Of a stretch of DNA of 42,265 bases, positions 33,966 to 42,265 are shown one piece after another. Below the pieces are notes generated by a model. It saw only the letters and a program-made list of their open reading frames with translations. It did no database searches and was not told the origin of the DNA. A program made the translations under genes and the position numbers. The DNA is from Atractiella rhizophila (Eukaryota), in assembly GCA_021432655.1 (NCBI GenBank), contig MU271209.1, forward strand, positions 114,352-156,616, read 5' to 3'. Position 1 is the first letter of the stretch. Each line of letters begins with the position of its first letter.

Positions 33966-34202
33966 GACTTTGAAGTGTACAACATAACAATTCGAACATG
34001 GACATTTCCGGCCACACATTAATTATCCGACACCTATCCTATCAAGCTCTGTGTCCCGTCAAAGTTATAAACCAACGCTTCACCGTACTTCAACAGGCTC
34101 CACAACTTTCCCATTTCACAGCACCTTTGTGACCAGTCTATCCATTGGACAAGCCAGAAATCGCGCTGTCTAGATCACGCTTCACGTCCACCAAAGCAAA
34201 GG

Positions 34203-36159
34203 ATGGACGCGCCGCGCTCCTCTCTGCCATCCAACATTTCCTCGCTCCTCGCCACTCTCTCAGCGCCGCTCCAGAATCCTCCCCCCACTCCTTTTTCCGC
34301 TCCACCCTACCAACATCACCAACTGCCTCCAACAGGCGCTCAGTCCCACTTCCAACCACCGCAACATCCACTCCCGCCCCCTCCTTCATTGGGTCCGCCA
34401 ACACCACAGCAGCCACAATTCCCTCCATTGCGTTTCAACGCCAATGGGTTTGATGCGGGACCATCCCACAGCGCGCCGCCGCGTGGAAATTACACTGGCC
34501 CGAGCAAGACTGTCGAGCAGAGACCTGGAGGAAACGTGAATGTGAATGATGGAAGGAGGGTGTACATCGGTGGCATTCCTGACGGCGCCACGGAGGAGGA
34601 TTTAAGGGATTGTTTTGGCCAGCTGGGACCTGTGATGTCGGTGGATTTGAAAAAGGGCTATGGGTTTGTGGTACGTCCCGCTGTGGAAGAATGGAATGGA
34701 GTGTAGTTCGCGATTTTGTGCTTGTTTACCTGGACTGCTTTCACGATCACTTGTATTGCTTTCGCCATGTTCGACAGCACAGCGGCTCGTTATCTCATCG
34801 CCTGAGGGATGACTGCTTTTTTTTCGAAAATTTGTTGAAAGGAGGAGGGTACCTCTCAGACATTGGAGGTCAGTTTGCGTCATTGTGGAACGAAAAATAA
34901 TCCACATGTTCTGAGGTCCTCAACGAACGTTCCATTTCTTTTACTTTTGTGTTATGCCTGAATCCGGCCGAACTATCCAATCAATGAAGTTTTTCCTGCC
35001 CGCTTACAGGAGCTGTTACGATAGACGTTTGTTTGTGATGATCTCAAATTGTGCCGTGTTACACATGTCGATCGCGACCAGGTAGAAAAGTCTCCTAATG
35101 CTGTTCTTGTGGGCTCTAGGAATACGAGTACCCGTCTTCGGCACGGGACGCGATTGCGAAGTACCACGAAGGCCATTTCCTCGGCGCACAAATTCGCGTG
35201 GAATTGTCTACATCTCACCACGCGCCTGTCCCAAATCACAAGAAATCGTTCTCAGCTCCAGATGCCGTGTCTCAAAGGAAAAAACGAGCGTCAAAAGTGA
35301 AAGAGGGAAGTGAGGCTTGCTACAAGTGTGGATTGGCGGGACATTGGCCTCGTGATTGTAAGAAACTACAGAAGAATACGAGCGAGGAGATGCAGCGGCC
35401 AAAAATGTCGAGACTCGAGAAAAGACGGTCGAAGTGAGTGGTTCCCCCACACGTACTGTATCTAAACAAGTGTGAGATAGGAAGGAAGAACGACAGAACG
35501 CGTCGCGACAGCGAAAAAAGTTGAAGGACACACAACGGAGAAACGAAAGTTACAATTCCAATGACACGAGCGGTTATTCAGAGACACCTGATGATCATCA
35601 ACCTGACTATCCACCAGAACACTCAACAGCGCCTCATCCTTCATACCCTCCATTGTCGCCAGGCTTCCACCCGCCTCCAGATCAACACGGCTATTTCCCT
35701 CCTCAGCCGCCGCAACCACCGCCTAGGACACTGCCAGGCCCTCCTCAAACATTCCCGGCGTACGATCCTTACTATCCTCCTCCGCCAACACCCGGCAGCC
35801 AATACGGGACTTATCCTCCTCCAACTGGCGAGGACCGAATGCGCGCAAGGCAACGGAGCCCAACTCCACCTTACCCTCCTGTATATGACGCGGCGTCCAG
35901 GTTGGTGTCTATTCTGATCAGCGCGTCAGAGCTGATTTAAATGAACAGCAGACCACCCTTTTCGTCAAGGAGATCCACATCTTTTTCAAGCGACCACTTC
36001 GGGACGCCTCAGGCTCCTTACCCTTCTGATACGGGGTATTCCCTACCCCCTACCAACGCCGGCCCTTCTGGCGGACCTTACGCCTCTCAGCCCCCTCTAA
36101 CGGGATCTGGCTACCGTGGTAGGCGAGGAAATGCAGTTTGGGGTCGAAGACCTCAGTGA
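34203..36159 (+). CDS. RNA-binding protein: Pro/Gln-rich N-terminus, RRM, CCHC zinc knuckle, Pro/Tyr-rich tail (SR-like)
   Basis: RNP2 RVYIGGI; RNP1 KGYGFV|EY split by intron 34671-35119; then ARDAIAKYHEGHFLGAQIRVELS and CYKCGLAGHWPRDC. Further introns at about 35433-35480 and 35901-35948. Confidence 0.88.
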
Positions 36160-36832
36160 GTCGTGCCTCTCGCACGAACCAAAACTGCACGATTGAAGTG
36201 CAGCATCTATACATTTCGTTGATTTGTCGTCCTGCCACGGCGCTGTCTTGAGACCTCCTGGACGTGCGCTGGAAACCATTCATATGATCATGAATTTACC
36301 TGCGCTGTCCCTCAGCATTTCACGCGCACCTCCTTGAGGATCCTAGCTGTTGATATGCAATCTATTAACATGTCGTAGCTGTGAGCCTTTGAAAAAGGTC
36401 AGCAGGCACTCACTCAGCTAAGGAAAGCGATGGCACAGTCGCATTACCACACTCTAGTCACTGCGTGTATCCTCGCCTCAGTGAGGTGGTTACACTTTCG
36501 TCAGCTTTTGAGTTTGCGTCTTAGACAAAGACTGCGATCGGAGTCGGCCAAATTGATCTCAATTGCAGTATTTAACCGTCGGAAATTTTTCTCGAACCTT
36601 TTGGGTTTGGGCGACATTTCCCCATTCATCGATTTCTGACCACTTCCATAAAACCGCATGGCTGCCCTGGCAGACATACAGCCCTCTGAGGAAGCGTTTT
36701 GACAATGAAAAGGGACCCCAAAACGAGAATGAGTAGGGAGCTATAGCGTTGGCGAGTAATAAGAGCAAGGTAATTTGTCCTCCATGCACTGACATACACT
36801 GACTTGTCATAACATAAGATCCTCCTGCAACA

Positions 36833-38194
36833 ATGCGACAGGGTAAAACGCAGCATCCTCAGATGACGGTTGGGGATCAACTGGCGCTCGAAGCCTTGGT
36901 GGCCGCTGTAAAGTTTGCGAAGACGCGCATTGGTCCAAACCTCCATCCTATCTCGCGCCAAGGAGAGAAAGACCTCAAGCATCGCACTGCAAAAGAGCAT
37001 GGAGATGAGTTGCGCCGCCTCCTTCAACAGTCTGTCGTGGCGGAAGGGTCGTCCACCTTCGTTCCGGCTCGACGACAAAGCAATCCCACAGTGTATTCTG
37101 GTTTCAGAAGTCTTCCTCCAGATGATACCTCCGAGAAGGGGGAAGGTCGCGTCCGCTTTGTCCCAGAAGCCAGAGTTGATTACTATACACCAGAGTCCAG
37201 CACAAGCACGATATCAAGGTTACCAACACCTACTCAGGAACCACCTCCACAGTTCTTTACTCCAAGGGATCCGACTGTTGGCACTCTCAAACCGAAAACG
37301 AATGACGCACCCCTCCCCAAGAGTCGTACCCAATCGCCAGAGGCACAAGTTGCCATGAAGAGTCAACCACATGCGATCGAACCGGTGGCGATTAAAAAGG
37401 GAGAAAGACCCTCAGATGGCATCATTGTCGAAACTGGATCTGAAGGGTCCACCGAAGAATTGTCAGAAGAAGATCTGCATTCACCTGCTAGTGAAATTCC
37501 TCCATCGCCGCGCTCTGAGGCTTCGTTTGAATTCGATCTCGATGGATTGGGTGACGCGCCGCCCCTGTCCCCGAGCATCAGTTCTTTGGAAGGACCTGAA
37601 CGACCTACCTCTGTTCCCAAGTCAGTTGCGAGTGGTGTGTAATGCCTTTTAATATTCGCTAACGTTAATTGGATTGCAGACCGTACGCAAACTACGAGTC
37701 TACTTACCAAATCTCGGCTTCGAATTCATCTAGTGAACGACCCCTCCGATATTTGCTTTCAACTGCGACCAGATGCGATGAGCGACGATCCATTATATAC
37801 CGAAATTCAAGGCGTGACGCTTGACGGCAAGCTGTGGCCCTCTGCCTTTCACATCTACCTCGCATCCCGTTTTCCAGAGAATCTCCCCATCGTGGAGAAG
37901 CTACGAAATACTCGAGACGTAGAAGTAGCCAAGAAACTTACAAATGACGCAACGCCTCTTGTTGCCTTTAGTGACTGGGAAGAACAGGACCTGAATTGCT
38001 TGAGAGACATAATATGGGGGAAGTTCAAGGTGTCTCCTAGTCTGCAGGACTTGCTCTTGATTACTGGAAGGGCTGAGTTGATTTTCGTGGATGATGATCC
38101 TGTGTTGGGATCGGGAAAAGATGGGAAGGGGTTGAACATGATTGGGACGTTTTTAATGAAGACAAGGACGAGATTATCTAAACTTGCAGCTTAG
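36833..38194 (+). CDS. protein with low-complexity N-terminus and C-terminal NADAR (YbiA-like) domain, degenerate
   Basis: Intron 37635-37679 joins the two ORFs in frame. Motifs: DGKLWPSAFHIYLASRF, DWEE, WGKF, LQDLLLITGRAELIF, DPVLGSGKDGKGLNMIGTFLMKTRTRL. Confidence 0.8.
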
Positions 38195-38380
38195 TTTGTG
38201 GGGCATTCAGCAGGATGGTGCAGATCGGGACTGTTATCGTATCGTATCATTGTATCATTTGAATTATTACCATTGTCACAAAATAATGAATAATCAAAAC
38301 AGGGCTTAAAAAGGTATCCACAAGACAAGCGAAGCTAAAAATGATATATTGAACACTCGAATGAATTCTAGCTCGTTTGT

Positions 38381-41348
38381 CTACACTTTCTCACTAGGTG
38401 GCGTGTACTTCTGTCTCTTCATGTTGTTGTCCGCGTCCTCGATTCCTGCGTACTCGTCGCTCTGGAAGTGGTACAGCTGCTCTTTTCTTGACATTCTGCT
38501 TTCGTAGGATGTACTTCCTCCAGCTATGCCAACTCCATCAGAAATAAAGCTGCGATAGTAGGATGGACGAACAAAATAGGAGAGCATCTTGAATTGATGG
38601 CTTGCATGTTTCTTAGTTGGGACGCTGAAGACTGATCAAGTTCTTCGAGGGTGAGAGCCTTCGTCTCAGGTACGAAGAAGAGGATCATCCACCATCCGAC
38701 CTGACATTTTCTCATCGTTAGTAATATTTAACCAAGGATTGCAAGGAAACAACTAACAATATTCCAGGCCGCATACCAACCACTGCAACGATGACACTGT
38801 CAGCTCCACAAATAGGTGTCCCAGGCAAACAACTTACAAAGCACCGTTGGGGTAAATGCACCAATGAGAGGAGGGAACGTGATAGCGACAACAAAAATTA
38901 CTGCGACATCCATCTGTCAATCCTTTCACCAAGTTGCATAGACAAAGATCTCACAAGAACCACGTTAAAGCCGTAGCATAACTCATTCCTAGCTCTCTAA
39001 CGTAGAGCGGGAACGCTTCTGCAGAGTAGGTGAAAGGGACAGGTCCCTCACCTGGTGAATAAACCGTCGCGAAAAGGTAGATACCGAGAGCACGACTCCG
39101 ACACGCGCGTTACGACTGGATTCGGGAATCAAACTATTTCATCCCAACCATTGTTACGGTCTCCTTCGGCGGCAACGTGAGAATAGACGAACAAACCGAG
39201 ACCAGTTAAAAGTAAGAAGATGCTCATGAGAGGAAAGGTGAAGAGGAGTAGGTTTCTGCGTCCGAAAGTATCGATGGTCCAAACAGCAGGGAAGGCAAAA
39301 AGCCAATTCTATGGGGCCATAAATTGCTTGAACATGAAATGTCGTCCAGATTGTTAAAAGAAAGCAACGAACCACTACAGACTGTTAGGCAAAGAGGGGG
39401 CAGAAATGACGAAGAGGCATACGCATTCCAAATCCCCAAGAAGCTAAAGAGCTTTTGGCTTTGTGAAACCGGACTCGAGAAAACCGAGGAAGAGTAATAG
39501 GCGATTGCGTTCACTCCACTAAAAACCAGGTCATCATGTCATTCTTGACAATCAAGAATAAGGACGCACCAGAACTNNNNNNNNNNNNNNNNNNNNNNNN
39601 NNNNNNNNNNNNNNNNNNNNNNNNNNNNNNNNNNNNNNNNNNNNNNNNNNNNNNNNNNNNNNNNNNNNNNNNNNNNNGCTTTGTCAGCGCACTCTAAAAT
39701 GAATCAGAAGAGGGTAGACTGACAATAGAGATCCCTCGCAGCCATAATATCACTCTGTCTCAGCCTCTTGAGGGACTTGAATGCATCCAGGTATCTCCCC
39801 TTATTCATCAACCTATTAAGTCACAAAACCGATCAACTTTTGCTGAACTAAAAAATCAAATGAATGCTTAGAAGCGACATACCATCTTGGTGATTCGGGG
39901 CAAGTCCACACTTGAGCCATAACGACGATAGCAGGAACCCCAGCAGATCCCAGCATCAACCTCCAATTGAGGCCTGTGATATTGCTAGAGTCCCGCACAC
40001 CATGGAAAGCGAGATCAGCAGAGTAACCAAGCGCGATGCCAAAAGCCGTCCCTATCCAAGTATCATTTACACCGCCGAACGTGAAAGAGAGAGGGAGAAC
40101 GAACACATTTGCCACATCATGACCAATGCTCCTCGGATCGGAGCTGGCGCACATTCTGCAGAGTAAACTGGAACGGTAGCTGACTTGGGTCCAATTCCGA
40201 AGCCGAGAACGAAACGGGCGGCGAAGAGGTGTGGCCATCTGCAGCGTTAAAACCTCATGTTAGGAGCAGTGACATGGGAGGATGAAACGGTAGGAACACA
40301 CGAGTTCGTTACTCCTTGCCAGAAGCAAGTGAGCCAAGAGATGGTAGCAGTAATGAAGATCGCCCCCCTTCTCCCGAAGAACTTATTGAGCGGATAAGTG
40401 CACCAACAACCTGTTCCCCCAGATAATTTAATTCACCTTCAGCACGTCCTTCCCATCAAACAGTGGGAGGACGAACCGATTACAGCACAACACAAATAAG
40501 GGGCAGAGTTGACCAGTCCTAAAAGCCACTGGTTCTTCGAGCTCCCGCCTCCGTTATTCGAGCTTCCAGGATCGATACCGAATTGGCTCGCGAAATAAAG
40601 ATTAGCGCCATTGATGACCGCCTCGTCCATTCCTTGAACGACAGCCCCAATAGAGCAGAGAATGACCTGATTCCCCACACCGTGGTCAGCATGCACGCTT
40701 CTGAGGAGAGCATGCAAAGGTGAGGTAGGCGAGGTAAAGACGAACCATCTTGTACATATCTGTAGTCTGCCACCATCTATTCGTTCTCTCTTTTCTAAGG
40801 CTCGTCTTCTCCTCTTCGCTCAGTTCGTCCATTGTATCGAATCCTGTTCCCACCAATCGTTAGCACATTCAGGGCTGGCGGGAAATTGCATAATCAGCAA
40901 AGGAGAATTTCCAGCTCGAAGCGCTCACAACTCTATATGGAAGACTGCTTGGGCAACGATTCTCCAAGCCAGAGTGCCAAAAGAATGTCTGAGAAGAAAA
41001 AGGGGTAGAGAGTGCAAAGACATTGCAAAGCGACACGAGGAAAAACGAACCCAAGGGATCCCCTGCCAATCCCGCTCCGCGTCCAATAAGATCCTTCCAC
41101 TCTCCCAATCCATTTCCTTCCGCCCATAGCTCCGCTTCCCTCCTCAACTGATCCCGTGGAATGCCTTCGAGGGGATTGGCGAGTTTGGCATTGATATTTG
41201 AGACTTGGACGTTGGAGTCGGCTGTCGTGGAAGGAGCATGAGATTGAGAAACGTTGGAGTGAAGGGATTCTGTGGCATGTTGCGCTTTCGGTTTCTCTGA
41301 GTCTAGATGTTGGTTAGTAGCGGATGCGGCGGGTTTGGTGTCTTCCAT
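38381..41348 (-). CDS. MFS sugar porter (polyol/myo-inositol transporter-like), spanning a gap, with several 1-nt deletions
   Basis: [130 protein letters not shown]. Confidence 0.92.
39577..39676. other. assembly gap (N-run)
   Basis: Run of n inside the transporter gene. Confidence 0.99.
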
Positions 41349-42265
41349 GTTGGTCTATATGAAGCGTCGTATATGATTATATCGATGTAGGTAAAGTCGT
41401 GTTCTCGTCAATAATAGATAGATGCAAGCCTACAAGTAGCAAAAAGTAGGCGGGGTCGTGACTTTCTTCAAGACACGGTGACGACCTTTTAAAGGGTGCT
41501 TTCCCGCTTTCCCATCATGAAGATTAACACGGGACGTCATAGGTTCAAATTAGCCTATGTTGTTCACAGTTCCCTTTTCCATGTACTCCTCGCCGACGTG
41601 TGCCGACGCGAGGAATGTCCACTGAACTCTGACGCGCTCTGTCGAGCGCTGATGATGATGTCACCATGTTGTCGCTACTATTTTGGCCCGCCAAGAGTTT
41701 TGCAAGGGAGTGCAGTGAGGACTTGAGGTTAAAATGTTGGCGCTGAAGTCCTTGAAGCTTGCAGCTTCTGAAGGGAAATCTGGGATGAACTTGAGAGATT
41801 CTGAGAAGGATTTGGAAGGAAGAATAAACCAAGTTCCAGCAGGGAAATAATGGTGCAGTGGTCGAGTGTCACATGAATCTGCCTATGGGATATCATGATA
41901 CTGTCAGTGCAATGAACACTCGAGTTATTACTAAATGAAGGTAATGATTCCCATTAACATTCTAGTAATATCACAGATAGTCGGCGATATTTCGTGCGCC
42001 TGAAAAGGAGATCCTATGTCAATTGGAAGGTCTGCTTTCGTCCAGCCAACTTTCCAACAAAGGTATATACTGGTGCACTTCATGTCAATCAATATCATGT
42101 TCACGAACCCTAGCTCGCCTCGCAGCCAGAATCCCCCAGACTCCCCATGGTGACCTCAAACCTCCGAGCGATTAATACTAGTAACCGTTTTTGTGTTAGG
42201 CTACACAGTGTAACTGCTAGCTTTTGGAGTCAACTGGCTCAAGCCTTTTGGGACAAGATTGGCAA

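Noticed and set aside
34671..35119. TPP riboswitch or spliceosomal snRNA in the long intron
   Set aside because: Lacks the TPP aptamer core (GCTGAGA with the downstream conserved junctions), the host is not a thiamine gene, and no snRNA hallmark sequence is present.
8260..39480. Programmed ribosomal frameshifting or RNA editing as a shared explanation of the broken frames
   Set aside because: No common slippery motif; the lesions are heterogeneous deletions concentrated in homopolymers and near a gap, so assembly error is simpler.
1..42265. CRISPR arrays, rRNA, intact transposase or reverse transcriptase, prokaryotic operons
   Set aside because: None seen; the window is spliced eukaryotic DNA with no regularly spaced repeats or RT/integrase/DDE motifs.

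Overview
This is eukaryotic, intron-rich fungal DNA with short (~45-60 nt) GT-AG introns and protein styles typical of Basidiomycota; the species cannot be determined from the window. It has three N-gaps (928-1537, 27251-27433, 39577-39676). Most short ORFs in the track are exon fragments or antisense shadows. Spliced genes from left to right: the 3' end of a probable SET/LSMT-type protein; a germin/spherulin cupin fused to an alpha/beta-hydrolase; an intronless F-box-like gene; YOS1 head-to-head with aprataxin (HNT3); an HSL-family esterase; a type I membrane protein; tRNA-Asn(GTT) with an intron; 3-hydroxyisobutyryl-CoA hydrolase; a large hypothetical gene; two copies of a PLP-dependent aromatic amino acid decarboxylase flanking USO1/p115; a decayed TAG-riddled ORF; a 3'-truncated ferric reductase head-to-head with a Ytp1-like protein; an RRM+CCHC SR-like gene; a degenerate NADAR protein; and an MFS sugar porter. 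The best leads are the cupin/pseudo-hydrolase fusion, the 449-nt intron with a candidate poison exon in the SR-like gene, the duplicated decarboxylases with tryptophan-decarboxylase-type residues, and the truncated reductase beside a possibly RIP-like relic. Small deletions break several conserved genes, which points to assembly consensus errors and weakens any pseudogene call. All assignments come from manual splicing and motif recognition; no searches were run.
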